From Streptomyces sp. (GTDB lineage: Bacteria > Actinomycetota > Actinomycetes > Streptomycetales > Streptomycetaceae): a stretch of 64,000 nucleotides of DNA. Location of the stretch: positions 996-64,995 of the forward strand of contig NZ_DASQNP010000006.1 of the NCBI RefSeq assembly GCF_035644915.1. The letters run 5' to 3'. This document shows, in pieces, positions 11,591 to 21,177 of the stretch. How positions within the stretch are numbered: position 1 is the first letter of the stretch; every line of letters starts with the position of its first letter. A model generated the notes under the pieces. That model was not told the DNA's origin, made no database searches, and saw only the letters and a list, made by a program, of their open reading frames with translations. A program made the position numbers and the translations under genes.

Positions 11591-12256
11591 ATGAGCACTG
11601 CCGGAACCGGGCGGACGCCCGGAGCCGTACCGACCGCCCGCACGGCACGGGGGACCGGAACGCACGCACCGGGCGCACCGGGCGCGCAGCACACACAGCC
11701 CGCGGGGAGCGCCCCGCACCCGCCGGACCGGTACCGCGGCGCGCTCCCGGCGGTCCTGCGCGACACCGAGCCGCCGGAGCTGACCGGCCTGCGGCTGCCC
11801 CAACTGCGCGAGCTGCGCCGCCAGGCGCAGCAGGAGGAGGCGGACCTCAGCTACGTACGGCGGCTGCTCCAGGGGCGGATCGACATCCTCCGCGCCGAAC
11901 TGATCCGCCGCAGCGCCGCGGACGTCCCCCTCATCGACCGGCTGGCGGAGATCCTCGCCGACGCCCCGCCCCCCGGCGGGGGCTCCACGCGCTCCGCCCG
12001 CCACGTGACGCTCCGCACGCCGCGCAGCGAGGAGTACCGCCGCCTGGCCGAGGACATGCTGGCCGAGGTCGAGCTGTCCGACCTCACCGCCCGCACCGAC
12101 GAGGAGCTGCACGCCGCCATGGCGCGGCTGGGCCAGTACGAGCACCAGATCTCCCGGCGCCGCCGGGCGCTCCAGCGGACGGCCAACGGGTGCAGCGCCG
12201 AGATCGCGCGCAGGTACCGTGAGGGGGAAGCACGCGTGGACGACCTGCTTCCCTGA
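11591..12256 (+). CDS. rsiG: c-di-GMP-binding anti-sigma(WhiG) factor RsiG (AmfC)
   Basis: E-x3-S-x2-R-x3-Q-x3-D motif [16 protein letters not shown]; C-terminal [17 protein letters not shown]; sits between dtd and asparaginase as in other streptomycetes. Confidence 0.9.
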   Translation: MSTAGTGRTPGAVPTARTARGTGTHAPGAPGAQHTQPAGSAPHPPDRYRGALPAVLRDTEPPELTGLRLPQLRELRRQAQQEEADLSYVRRLLQGRIDILRAELIRRSAADVPLIDRLAEILADAPPPGGGSTRSARHVTLRTPRSEEYRRLAEDMLAEVELSDLTARTDEELHAAMARLGQYEHQISRRRRALQRTANGCSAEIARRYREGEARVDDLLP

Positions 12257-12299
12257 CCCCGGGGGCAGTCGTCCCCCCTCCACCCAGGGAAGGCCGCCC

Positions 12300-13286
12300 A
12301 TGACCACCCTCATGCCCGCCGCCCGTTCCGGGGCGTCCCCCGCCGCCGCGCCCCCGGTCCTCGCCGAGGTCGTCCGCTCCGGGTTCACCGAGGGCCGGCA
12401 CCGCGGTTCGCTGGTGGTGCTGGACCGGGACGGCGGGGTGGACTGGTCGCTGGGCGAGGTCACCGAGCCGGTCTTCCCCCGCTCCTGCAACAAGCCGATG
12501 CAGGCGGCGGCCGTGCTGCGCGCGGGGCTGGAACTGTCCGGCGAGCGCCTGGCGCTGGCCGCCGCCAGCCACTCCGGCGAGCCCTTCCACCTGGAGCTGG
12601 TCCGGAAGATGCTCGCCGAACACGGCCTGACCGAGGACGATCTGGGCTGCCCGCCCGACCTCCCGCTGGACCGCGAGGAGCGCGACCGGCTCCTGGCGGC
12701 GGGCGGGCAGGCCTCCCGCACCGCCATGAATTGCTCGGGCAAGCACGCCGCGATGCTCGCCGCCTGCGCGGTGAACGGCTGGTCGCGCGGCGACTACCTC
12801 GACCCCGGCCACCCGCTCCAGGTGCTGGTCCGCGAGAGCGTCGAGGCCGCGGCGGGCGAGCCGGTCGCGCACACCGGGACGGACGGCTGCGGCGCACCGC
12901 TGTTCGCCCTCTCCCTCACCGGCCTGGCCCGCGCCTTCCGCGCCTGCGTGCTGGCCGCGCCCGGCACCCCCGAGCGCCGGGTCGCGGACGCCATGCGCGC
13001 CCACCCCGAGTACGTCGCGGGCACCCGCCGCATCGACACCCGGCTGATGCGCGAGGTGCCGGGCGTCCTGGCGAAGATGGGCGCCGAGGCGGTCCAGGCG
13101 GTGGCCCTGCCCGACGGCCGCGCCCTCGCGTTCAAGATCGACGACGGTGCGCAGCGGGCGCTCGGCCCGGTGCTGGCCCGCGCGCTGGCGAGGATGGGCG
13201 TGGACTCCCCCGTCCTGGCGGGGATCGCCGACGCGCCGCTGTCGGGCGGCGGCGGGAAGGTCGGGGAAATCCGCGCGACGTTCTGA
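12300..13286 (+). CDS. L-asparaginase II, class 3 (Rhizobium etli AnsA-type)
   Basis: FPRSCNKPMQ (RSxxK), NCSGKH, DGCGAP, KMGAEAV. Confidence 0.88.
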   Translation: MTTLMPAARSGASPAAAPPVLAEVVRSGFTEGRHRGSLVVLDRDGGVDWSLGEVTEPVFPRSCNKPMQAAAVLRAGLELSGERLALAAASHSGEPFHLELVRKMLAEHGLTEDDLGCPPDLPLDREERDRLLAAGGQASRTAMNCSGKHAAMLAACAVNGWSRGDYLDPGHPLQVLVRESVEAAAGEPVAHTGTDGCGAPLFALSLTGLARAFRACVLAAPGTPERRVADAMRAHPEYVAGTRRIDTRLMREVPGVLAKMGAEAVQAVALPDGRALAFKIDDGAQRALGPVLARALARMGVDSPVLAGIADAPLSGGGGKVGEIRATF

Positions 13287-13310
13287 GCCCGCCGGCCGTA
13301 GCGTGCCCCC

Positions 13311-14582
13311 ATGCACGCGAACAGCCGCCCGGGCATCCCCGAGGTCCGCGCCCTGACCGAAGACGACTATCCGCAGTGGCTGCGCGCCCTGTGGACCGGG
13401 TTCCTGCGCTCCGAGGAGGTCACCGAGGAGGAGATCAGGGCCCGGCGCGGCGGCGCGGACCTGGACCGCACGCTGGGAGCGTTCGACCGCGGTCGCTGCG
13501 TCGCCACCTTCCGCACGCTCCCGCAGCGGCTGACCGTCCCCGGCGGGGCGGCGGTGGCCTCCTGCGCCGTCACCAACGTGACCGTCTCCCCCACCCACCG
13601 CCGCCGCGGGCTGCTCACGCGGATGATGACGGACGCGCTGGCCGCGGGGAAGGAACGCGGGGAGGTCTGCTCCACGCTGGACTCCGCCGAGTACCCGATC
13701 TACGGCCGCTACGGCTACGGCCCGGCCGCCTGGTTCACCAGCTGGCGGGTGAACGCCGACCGCGCCGGGCTGGACCCACGCTGGTCCGGGCCCGAGGAGG
13801 CGGGCGCCCGGATCGACTTCGCCGACGGCGCGGAGATGCGCACCGAAGGGGCCGCCCTCCACGAGCGGGTGCGCGCCCTGCCCGACCGGCAGGGGATGAT
13901 CAACCGCACCGAGCGCTGGTGGAAGCTGCACACCGGTGCGCTCACCTGGCCCGGCAGCGGCTGGAAGCAGCCCTTCCACGTCCTCTACCGCGACGCCGCC
14001 GGGCAGGTGCAGGGTCTGGCGACGTACACGGCGGACGACCACTGGGAGGGCAAGGCGCCGTATGTGAACCTCCACGTCCGCGACCTGATCGCCGCCACGC
14101 CCGCCGCCGAACGCGCCCTGTGGCACTACCTGCTGTCCGTCGACTGGGTCTCCACGGTCCACACCGGCCGCCGCGCCCCCGACGACCTGCTGCCGCAGCT
14201 CCTGCCGGACGCGCGCGCCGCCCGGACCGACACCCACGCGGACTTCCTGTGGCTGCGTCCGCTGGACGTCCCCGCGCTGCTCCGGGCCCGCGCCTATCCC
14301 GTCTCCGGCGCCCTCGTGCTGGACCTGCACGACCCGGTGGGCCTGGCCGGGGGCCGCTTCCTGCTGGAGGCCACGCCCGAGGGCGCCGCCTGCGCGCCCA
14401 CCACGCGCTCCGCCGACCTGTCGATGGACGTCGGCGCGCTGGGCTCGCTCTACCTGGGCGAGGCGTCCGCGTCGCGGCTGCGGGCGCTGGGCCGGCTGGC
14501 GGAGGAGCGCCCCGGCGCGGCGGCCCTGGCGGACGTCCTGCTGCGCACGGCCCGCCGTCCCTGGTGCCCGGACGAGTTCTGA
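13311..14582 (+). CDS. eis: Eis-like GNAT N-acetyltransferase with SCP2-like C-terminal domain
   Basis: VTVSPTHRRRGLL, SEYPIYGRYGYGPA, terminal PWCPDEF. Confidence 0.87.
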   Translation: MHANSRPGIPEVRALTEDDYPQWLRALWTGFLRSEEVTEEEIRARRGGADLDRTLGAFDRGRCVATFRTLPQRLTVPGGAAVASCAVTNVTVSPTHRRRGLLTRMMTDALAAGKERGEVCSTLDSAEYPIYGRYGYGPAAWFTSWRVNADRAGLDPRWSGPEEAGARIDFADGAEMRTEGAALHERVRALPDRQGMINRTERWWKLHTGALTWPGSGWKQPFHVLYRDAAGQVQGLATYTADDHWEGKAPYVNLHVRDLIAATPAAERALWHYLLSVDWVSTVHTGRRAPDDLLPQLLPDARAARTDTHADFLWLRPLDVPALLRARAYPVSGALVLDLHDPVGLAGGRFLLEATPEGAACAPTTRSADLSMDVGALGSLYLGEASASRLRALGRLAEERPGAAALADVLLRTARRPWCPDEF

Positions 14583-14655
14583 CGGACCAGGGGCGCGTTC
14601 GGATCGGTTCGGCGGGGCACCCGGTGGGGAGGGCGTCCCGCTCCCCACTCCGTTC

Positions 14656-14829
14656 TCACGCCACCGGCAGGACCAGCAGCGTCAGCACCACCGCGCCGAT
14701 GGAGCTGTAGGTGGCGTTCTTCTCGCGGTAGCCGATGGTCAGCATCACCAGGCCGAAGACTCCGAGCAGTCCGAAGCGGGATTCCATGAGCTCTTCAAGG
14801 GCGGCGAGTGCGAGAGCGTAGACAGGCAT
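14656..14829 (-). CDS. Small 2-TM membrane protein (57 aa)
   Basis: Strong RBS GGAGGAGG before ATG 14829; two hydrophobic segments; divergent from GntR. Confidence 0.6.
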   Translation of the reverse strand: MPVYALALAALEELMESRFGLLGVFGLVMLTIGYREKNATYSSIGAVVLTLLVLPVA

Positions 14830-14934
14830 GGCGGTCCCTCCTCCGGGAGGCTCGTCGGGACGAGTGGTGGCGGTCGGGACCACGCCCCTACGCCGTCGGT
14901 CGGCAACAGTGCGCATGATGGGGGGACATCGCAG

Positions 14935-15056
14935 CCAACTGGGGGATGATCCTTCCAACTCCCCGAAGTTGTTCGCCAACTTACTTATAGTTGTTCCCAG
15001 TTGAGTGAAATTTCAAAACAGATGGAGGCCAACTCCCACTCAATGGCCAGAAGTTG
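14935..15056. promoter_or_regulatory. Array of CAACT/AGTTG half-sites (probable GntR operators)
   Basis: CCAACT at 14935, 14955, 14976, 15029; AGTTG at 14967, 14989, 14999, 15052. Confidence 0.6.
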
Positions 15057-15950
15057 TACGGTCACTCCGTGAGCCACGACAGCCCCGCCGCCAACGGCGC
15101 GCAGCCCCCGTCGAGCGACCGCGTGGCCGACGCCCTGCGTGACCGCATCCTCTCCGGTGACCTCCGCCCGGGCGCCAAGCTGCCCACCCAGCACGAGCTG
15201 GCCGCCGAGTTCGACACCAACCGCACGGCCGTCCGCCAGGCCATCGACGCCCTCCGGAGGGAGGGCCTGCTCACCGGCACCGGCCGCGGCGCCCCGCCCA
15301 CGGTCGCCGAACGGGCCCTGGCCCACGACCAGCCCCGGATCGCCGGCGTCGAGCTGACCGACCGCATCAGGGCGGCCTTCCAGGCCGAACACGTCACGAT
15401 CGACGCCTTCTGCCTCACCTCCGAGACCCTGAACTCGGCCCTCGCCCAGCAGTTGATCGTCCTCCACGGCGGCGCGGGCGCCCCCCGGTCGATCACCGTC
15501 CGCGTCCTGCTGCCCAGCCTGGAGAGCCACCTGGGGCTCCCCCGGCTGGTGCGCACCCCCGACGACCGGCGCCCGCTGGAGCGGCTGCACCAGCTCGCCC
15601 TCACCTTCTGCCGCTCGCTGACGTACTCCCTCCGGGCCCTGGAGGAGGGGGGCATCGTGCCGGAGGTCTCCCTCGGCATCCGGACCGTGCCGATCACCCC
15701 GACCCACAAGCTCTACCTGCTCAACGGCACCGAGGCGCTGCTCGGCTTCTACAAGGTGGTCCCCCGCACCGTGGAGTACCGGGGGGAGCCCATGGAGATC
15801 TACGACGTGCTCGGGCTGGAGGCACCGATCTTCCGCCACTCCCGCGGGCCGGACAGCCGGGACGAGCAGGAGGCCGCCTTCGTCGCGGAGACCCGGGCGT
15901 GGTTCGACTCGCTCTGGTCAAGCATCGCCCAACCCCTGACACTCGATTAG
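15054..15950 (+). CDS. GntR-family wHTH regulator with atypical C-terminal domain
   Basis: VADALRDRILSGDLRPGAKLPTQHELAAEFDTNRTAVRQAIDALRREGLL; start may be GTG 15069. Confidence 0.85.
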   Translation: MYGHSVSHDSPAANGAQPPSSDRVADALRDRILSGDLRPGAKLPTQHELAAEFDTNRTAVRQAIDALRREGLLTGTGRGAPPTVAERALAHDQPRIAGVELTDRIRAAFQAEHVTIDAFCLTSETLNSALAQQLIVLHGGAGAPRSITVRVLLPSLESHLGLPRLVRTPDDRRPLERLHQLALTFCRSLTYSLRALEEGGIVPEVSLGIRTVPITPTHKLYLLNGTEALLGFYKVVPRTVEYRGEPMEIYDVLGLEAPIFRHSRGPDSRDEQEAAFVAETRAWFDSLWSSIAQPLTLD

Positions 15951-16643
15951 ATGTACGAGCTGATCGACGCAGCCGAATGCGTCCTCTTCGACTTCGACGG
16001 CCCGATATGCCGTCTCTTCGCCGGCCGTCCCTCCTCCGGGATAGCCGAACGGCTCCGCGGCCTGATCGAGGAGCGCGGGGAGGGCGGTCTCCTCACCGAG
16101 GAGGTCCGCTCCACCGACGACCCGCAGGTGATCCTGCGCGCCGTGGCTGCCGCGCGGCCCGGCGGCGAACTCGCCGCGCTCGTGGAGCGGACCCTCACCC
16201 AGGAGGAGGCGGAGGCGGCCGGGACCGCCTCGCCCACCCGGTTCGCGGACCGGCTCGTCCGGGCCCTGGCCGCCACCGGGCGGCGGCTCGCCGTCACCAC
16301 CAACAACGCGCCGCTCGCGGTCGAGCGCTACCTGGCCCGCCACGGCCTCACCCCGCACTTCGCCGGCCACATCCACGGCCGCCGATCCGACACCCGGCTG
16401 CTCAAGCCGCACCCCGACTGCCTGTACCGCGCCCTGGAGTCCACCGGCACCACGCCCGGGCGCGCCCTGATGATCGGCGACAGCCCGGTCGACCGGATCG
16501 CCGCCGAGGCGGCGGGCGTCCGCTTCCTGGGGTACGGCCGCACCGAGCGGAAGGCCGGGGAGCTGCGCGCCGCGGGCGCCGAGCACGTCGTCACCTCGCT
16601 CCAGGAGGTGCTGACCGCGGTGGGCGCGCCGACCTTCGGGTGA
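15951..16643 (+). CDS. HAD-family phosphatase
   Basis: LFDFDGP (DxD), VTTNN, KPHPD, MIGDSPVD; starts at the base after the GntR stop. Confidence 0.9.
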   Translation: MYELIDAAECVLFDFDGPICRLFAGRPSSGIAERLRGLIEERGEGGLLTEEVRSTDDPQVILRAVAAARPGGELAALVERTLTQEEAEAAGTASPTRFADRLVRALAATGRRLAVTTNNAPLAVERYLARHGLTPHFAGHIHGRRSDTRLLKPHPDCLYRALESTGTTPGRALMIGDSPVDRIAAEAAGVRFLGYGRTERKAGELRAAGAEHVVTSLQEVLTAVGAPTFG

Positions 16644-16767
16644 CGATCCTGGTGCGGGCGCCGTGACGGACCGCCCGGAGCGGTAATCTTCACCCCCTCC
16701 ACCCCCGCCGCTCCCCCGTACCCTCCCCGCACCCCTCCCGCCCCGCGACAGAGTCCGAACCGCTCCC

Positions 16768-17796
16768 ATGTCCCGACCCTCCGCCTTCCAAGGGCACCAC
16801 CGCATCTGGCACGTGGTCCCCGGGCCGGACGGCCGCGGGCGGGTCAAGCTCAACGAGCCCCGCCAGGGCGTCCTCTGGTTCGACCGGCGCTGCTTCCGCT
16901 CCGAGGAGGAGCTGCTCGTGGAGCTGAACCGGCGGCGGATGTCGTACATCCCGTCGGCCCGCCGGCTGGACGGCGGAGGCCCGGTGGTCCAGGACTACAT
17001 CGAGGGACGGGTGCTCACCGAGCTGTCCCCCGTCGGCACGAGGATCGCGGGGACCCACCTCGCGCAGATCATGCGGCGCTTCCGGGAGCTGGCCTCCGTA
17101 CGCGCCGGGGACATCACCGCGCCGCGCCGCTGCACCCCCCGGGAACGGCCCGGGGACCGGCAGAGCTCCGCGTTCCTGCGGACCCTCATCGACTTCACCC
17201 ACCGGCACTGCTACCTGAAGCGGCTCCCGGAGTACGGCGGGCTCTTCGAGCGGCTGCGCATCCCGCCGGACGTCCTGCGCCCCGGGTCCCGGCTGTGGTC
17301 CGAGGCCGGGGAGCTGACCCCCCGGCCGTTCTGCCTGATCCACGGCGACCTGCACCGGGCGAACTTCATCGTCGACGCGGCGGACCGGCTGTGGACCATC
17401 GACTGGGAGCTGGCCATGATCGGCGACCCGCTCTACGACCTGGCCACCCACCTGTACCTGATGGGCTACCCGCCCTCGCAGGAGGGCGAGGTGGTCGAGC
17501 GCTGGCGGGCGGCGGTGGACGCGGTCCTGCCCGGCGCCGGCGCCGCCGCCGGGGAGGACCTGCCGCGCTACCTCGCGTACAAGCGGGTGCAGTCGGTCTA
17601 CACCGACGTCGTCCGCCAGGCGCAGAAGCTCGCCGACACCGAACCGGCCGACCGCGAGGACCAGTTGCGCCGGACCGCCAAGACCGTGCACCGCGTCCTG
17701 CACCGGGCGGCGGACGTCCTGGGGCTCGGCGCGGTGCCGGGCCCGGGGGAGATCGAGGAGGCGTACGCGGCGTTCGGCGGCCCGCGCGCGCCCTGA
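16768..17796 (+). CDS. APH/choline-kinase-like phosphotransferase
   Basis: Brenner motif LIHGDLHRANF, IDWE, GDPLYDLA. Confidence 0.85.
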   Translation: MSRPSAFQGHHRIWHVVPGPDGRGRVKLNEPRQGVLWFDRRCFRSEEELLVELNRRRMSYIPSARRLDGGGPVVQDYIEGRVLTELSPVGTRIAGTHLAQIMRRFRELASVRAGDITAPRRCTPRERPGDRQSSAFLRTLIDFTHRHCYLKRLPEYGGLFERLRIPPDVLRPGSRLWSEAGELTPRPFCLIHGDLHRANFIVDAADRLWTIDWELAMIGDPLYDLATHLYLMGYPPSQEGEVVERWRAAVDAVLPGAGAAAGEDLPRYLAYKRVQSVYTDVVRQAQKLADTEPADREDQLRRTAKTVHRVLHRAADVLGLGAVPGPGEIEEAYAAFGGPRAP

Positions 17797-17828
17797 GGCC
17801 CGCGCGGGCCCGGCGCGGTGCGGCCGTA

Positions 17829-17864
17829 CCGGCCCGGCCCCGCGGGGAGCGGGGACCGGGCCGG
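17829..17864. terminator. Hairpin between convergent phosphotransferase and MMPL genes
   Basis: CCGGCCCGGCCCCGC / GCGGGGACCGGGCCGG inverted repeat. Confidence 0.55.
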
Positions 17865-17870
17865 CCTGGG

Positions 17871-20072
17871 CTAGCGGGGCTGCTGGTGGCGCTCCAGCTC
17901 CACCGCCGGCAGGAGGCGCCGCAGCGGGCGCGGCAGCCACCAGGCGCGGCGGCCGAGGAGCTGCATGACCGCCGGGACGATCAGGCAGCGGATGACCACC
18001 GCGTCCAGGGCGATGGCCACCGCCAGACCCAGGCCGAACTGCTGGAGCATGCGGTCCGGACTGAGGACGAACGCGGCGAAGACCACGATCATGATGGCCG
18101 CCGCGGCCGTGATCACCCGGCCGGTGTGGGCCAGTCCCTCGCGGACGGCGAGGGCGGGTTCGCCGGTGTTCCGCCACTCCTCGTGGATGCGGGAGAGCAG
18201 GAAGACCTCGTAGTCCATCGACAGGCCGAAGACGATCGCGAAGATCATCACGGGGATGAACGCCTCGATCGGCCCCGGCTCGGGGCCGAGGAAGCCGTGC
18301 TGGAAGACCAGCGTGATCGCGCCCAGCGAGGCGCCGATGCTCAGCAGGTTCAGCACGGCCGCCTTCAGCGGGATCAGCAGCGAGCGGAAGACCACCATCA
18401 GCAGCAGCGCGGACAGGCCCACCACCAGGGCGACGAACAGCGGCATGCGGCCCTCGACGGTGGCCGCGAAGTCCTCCGTGGCCGCGGTCGGGCCGCCCAC
18501 CAGGAAGCGGGCGCCGGTGGACTCCTCCAGGGGCGGCAGGACGTCCTGGCGCAGGTCCGCGACCAGCTCCGAGGTCTCCTCGTCCTGCGGCGCCGACGCG
18601 GGGAAGGCGATCACCGTCGCCGTGGCCGGGTCCCTGGTCGGGATCGGCGGCGTCACCGCCGCGACGCCCGGGGTGCCGGCGAGGGTGCGGCGCAGCTCGT
18701 CCGCCGCGGCCCGGGCCGGCCGGTCACCGCCGCCGCCGGTGTGGGCGACCACCACCAGCGGGCCGTTGAAGCCCGGGCCGAAGCCGTCGGCCAGCAGGTC
18801 GTACGCCGCCCGGCTGGTCGAGGACGCGGGGTCGTTGCCCGCGTCCGCGAAGCCCAGGCGCATGTCCAGCGCGGGCGCGGCCAGCGCGCCCAGCGCGGCG
18901 ACCGACACCAGCAGCGCGGCCCACGGCCGCCGCTGCACCGCCCGCGCCCAGCGGCGCCAGCCGGCGCCCTCTTCAAGGTCGCGGCCCTTCGCCTCCCGCC
19001 GGGCCCGGCCCTTCTCCACGCCGCGCCGGATGCGGCCGCCGAACACGCCGAGCAGCGCGGGCAGCAGCGTCAGCGAGGCCAGCATCGTCACCAGCACGGT
19101 CAGGGCCACGGCCAGCGCCACCCCCTGGAGCGAGCCGAGTCCCAGCGCCACCAGCCCCAGCAGGGCGATGATCACCGTGCAGCCGGCGAAGAAGACGGTG
19201 CGGCCGGCCGCGTCCAGCGCGGTCCGGGTCGCGCTCTCGCCGTCGGCGCCGCGCAGGAGTTCGGCACGGTAGCGGGAGAAGACCAGCAGGGCGTAGTCGA
19301 TGCCGACGCCCAGCCCCACCAGCATCATCACCGGCGGGGTGAAGTCGGCGACGGAGGCCAGGTGCGAGGCCAGCACGATCAGCCCGAGCGTGCTGCCCAC
19401 CGCGAACAGCGCGGTGACCACGGGCAGGGCGGCGGCGACCAGCGATCCGAACAGGAAGACCAGGATCACCAGCGCCCCGAGGATGCCCGCGCCCTCGGCC
19501 GCGCCGCCCGCGCCCCCCTCGGCCACCCGGACGGCGTCGCCGCCCAGCTCCACCCGCAGCCCGTCGCCCTCCGCCTCGTTCGCGGTGTCGATGATCCGCC
19601 GCGTGGCCTCGACGGGGACGTTCTCCGCCTGCCCGTCGAGCGTGACGGTGGCGTAGGCGGTCGTGCCGTCCTCGGAGACCGCCCGGCCGCCCCCGTCCCG
19701 GTACGGGTCCTGGACCCCGGTGACGTGCGGCAGATCGGCGACCTCGGCCAGCATCGCGCCGACGCGCTCGGCGTGCTCCGCCGACCGCACCCCGTCCTCG
19801 TCGTGGAGGACGATCCGTATCTCGGCGCCCGCCTGCGCCGAGCCGTGCTCCCGCAGGAGTTCGCCGGCCTGCTGGGACTCGGTGCCGGGCAGGGAGAAGT
19901 CGTTGTGGTAGTCGTCCCCGACGGCCCCGGCCAGTACCTGCACGCCGACCAGCAGCGCCGCCCACAGGGCCAGCGCCCGCCGGCGGTGCCGGTGGGCCGC
20001 CGCCGCGATCCGCTCGAAGACGCTCGCACGGGAGGCGGCGGTGGGGGCGGTGGCGCGTTCCGCCGGGGTCAT
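17871..20072 (-). CDS. MMPL/RND-family transporter
   Basis: GLGVGIDYALLVFSRYRAEL; FGLSMDYEVFLLSRIHEE; two TM bundles, 733 aa. Confidence 0.93.
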   Translation of the reverse strand: MTPAERATAPTAASRASVFERIAAAAHRHRRRALALWAALLVGVQVLAGAVGDDYHNDFSLPGTESQQAGELLREHGSAQAGAEIRIVLHDEDGVRSAEHAERVGAMLAEVADLPHVTGVQDPYRDGGGRAVSEDGTTAYATVTLDGQAENVPVEATRRIIDTANEAEGDGLRVELGGDAVRVAEGGAGGAAEGAGILGALVILVFLFGSLVAAALPVVTALFAVGSTLGLIVLASHLASVADFTPPVMMLVGLGVGIDYALLVFSRYRAELLRGADGESATRTALDAAGRTVFFAGCTVIIALLGLVALGLGSLQGVALAVALTVLVTMLASLTLLPALLGVFGGRIRRGVEKGRARREAKGRDLEEGAGWRRWARAVQRRPWAALLVSVAALGALAAPALDMRLGFADAGNDPASSTSRAAYDLLADGFGPGFNGPLVVVAHTGGGGDRPARAAADELRRTLAGTPGVAAVTPPIPTRDPATATVIAFPASAPQDEETSELVADLRQDVLPPLEESTGARFLVGGPTAATEDFAATVEGRMPLFVALVVGLSALLLMVVFRSLLIPLKAAVLNLLSIGASLGAITLVFQHGFLGPEPGPIEAFIPVMIFAIVFGLSMDYEVFLLSRIHEEWRNTGEPALAVREGLAHTGRVITAAAAIMIVVFAAFVLSPDRMLQQFGLGLAVAIALDAVVIRCLIVPAVMQLLGRRAWWLPRPLRRLLPAVELERHQQPR

Positions 20073-20311
20073 CGGACGTCTCCCTGCGTGCGGTGGGGCC
20101 CGCGGTGAGATCCGCGGTGGAGCCTGCGGTGGAGGAGGTACGGGCCGGCAGCGGCCCCGGCCACCGCCAGGTAGAGGGGCATCAGCTTGAGCGCGAACGG
20201 CATCGACGCGTCGAGGACGACCTCGGCCGTCACCCCGGCGGCCACGGCGATCAGCTCGCCGAGGAGGAAGCCGCAGACGGCGCCGCCGAGCGCGGCGAGT
20301 ACGTGTTTCAT
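20069..20311 (-). CDS. Small 2-TM hypothetical protein (80 aa)
   Basis: MKHVLAALGGAVCGFLLGELIA...; 3-prime end of the ORF-track frame; stop overlaps MMPL start. Confidence 0.6.
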   Translation of the reverse strand: MKHVLAALGGAVCGFLLGELIAVAAGVTAEVVLDASMPFALKLMPLYLAVAGAAAGPYLLHRRLHRGSHRGPHRTQGDVR

Positions 20312-20376
20312 GTCAGGTTCTGCTCCGGTTCTCCGCTTCCGCGGATCGAAGGACGGGCGAGGAGGGGGATCGGGGG

Positions 20377-21153
20377 TCACAGGAAGGAGGGACCGGTGAC
20401 CCGGCCGCGGAAGACCCGCCACAGCCACACCTGGGCGGCCACCAGCGGCGGCGTGACCACCAGCAGCGCCGTCACCAGCAGCCCCAGCGCCGGGCCGGTG
20501 GCCGCCGAGCCGGCCAGCGGCAGCCGGGCGCCGGCGGCGAGCGGCAGCGCGGCCATCACCAGGGAGGTCAGCGCGAAGGTCTGCCACCCGCCCGTGCGGC
20601 CCGTCGGCAGCCGGGCGCGCTCGTACGGCGGGCCCGTCAGCCGCAGCGCGCCGAAGGCCAGCCCGTGGGCGGCGAACAGCAGGGCCACGCCCAGCGAGGT
20701 GAGCACGGCGGCCGGACCGGTGGCCGGTTCGGCGGGATCGCCGGTCAGCAGCCCGGCGAACAGCCGCCCCCAGGAGAGCGCCGCGGTCCAGCTCCCGGCG
20801 ACGACCATGCCGTCGCAGGCCGCGCGCCAGGCGCGGTACGGCGTGCGACCGCGCCACCACAGGCCCGCGTCGCGCACGATCCAGCCCGCCAGCAGCGGGA
20901 CCAGGACGGCGGACTGACCGCTGAACAGCTCGCCCTCCAGCGCCGGGAAGCAGCCGATGAACACCCCGGCGGCGGCGACCAGCCACACCTCGTTGCCCAG
21001 GAAGAACGGCGCGATGGCGGCCAGGACGAGCCGCCGCTCGCGCCCGTCGCGCCCCAACCAGGGCAGCAGCATGCCGACGCCGAGGTCGGCGCCGCCGAGC
21101 ACGAGGTATCCGACGGTGAAGAAGCCCAGCAGGGCGGCGGCGAGGATTTCCAT
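20377..21153 (-). CDS. cydB: Cytochrome bd subunit II-like, shortened
   Basis: YLVLGGADLGVG, PFFLGNEVWLV, C-terminal WRVFRGRV; only 258 aa. Confidence 0.75.
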   Translation of the reverse strand: MEILAAALLGFFTVGYLVLGGADLGVGMLLPWLGRDGRERRLVLAAIAPFFLGNEVWLVAAAGVFIGCFPALEGELFSGQSAVLVPLLAGWIVRDAGLWWRGRTPYRAWRAACDGMVVAGSWTAALSWGRLFAGLLTGDPAEPATGPAAVLTSLGVALLFAAHGLAFGALRLTGPPYERARLPTGRTGGWQTFALTSLVMAALPLAAGARLPLAGSAATGPALGLLVTALLVVTPPLVAAQVWLWRVFRGRVTGPSFL

Positions 21154-21177
21154 GGGCGGACTCCCGGTCGGCTGCGG

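Noticed and set aside
13311-17796. Eis + APH-like kinase as an aminoglycoside resistance cluster
   Set aside because: eis belongs to the conserved rsiG block; the kinase belongs to a separate GntR module; no aminoglycoside biosynthesis genes
20377-21153. cydB as a pseudogene
   Set aside because: Open frame with both N- and C-terminal motifs; shortened internally, not broken
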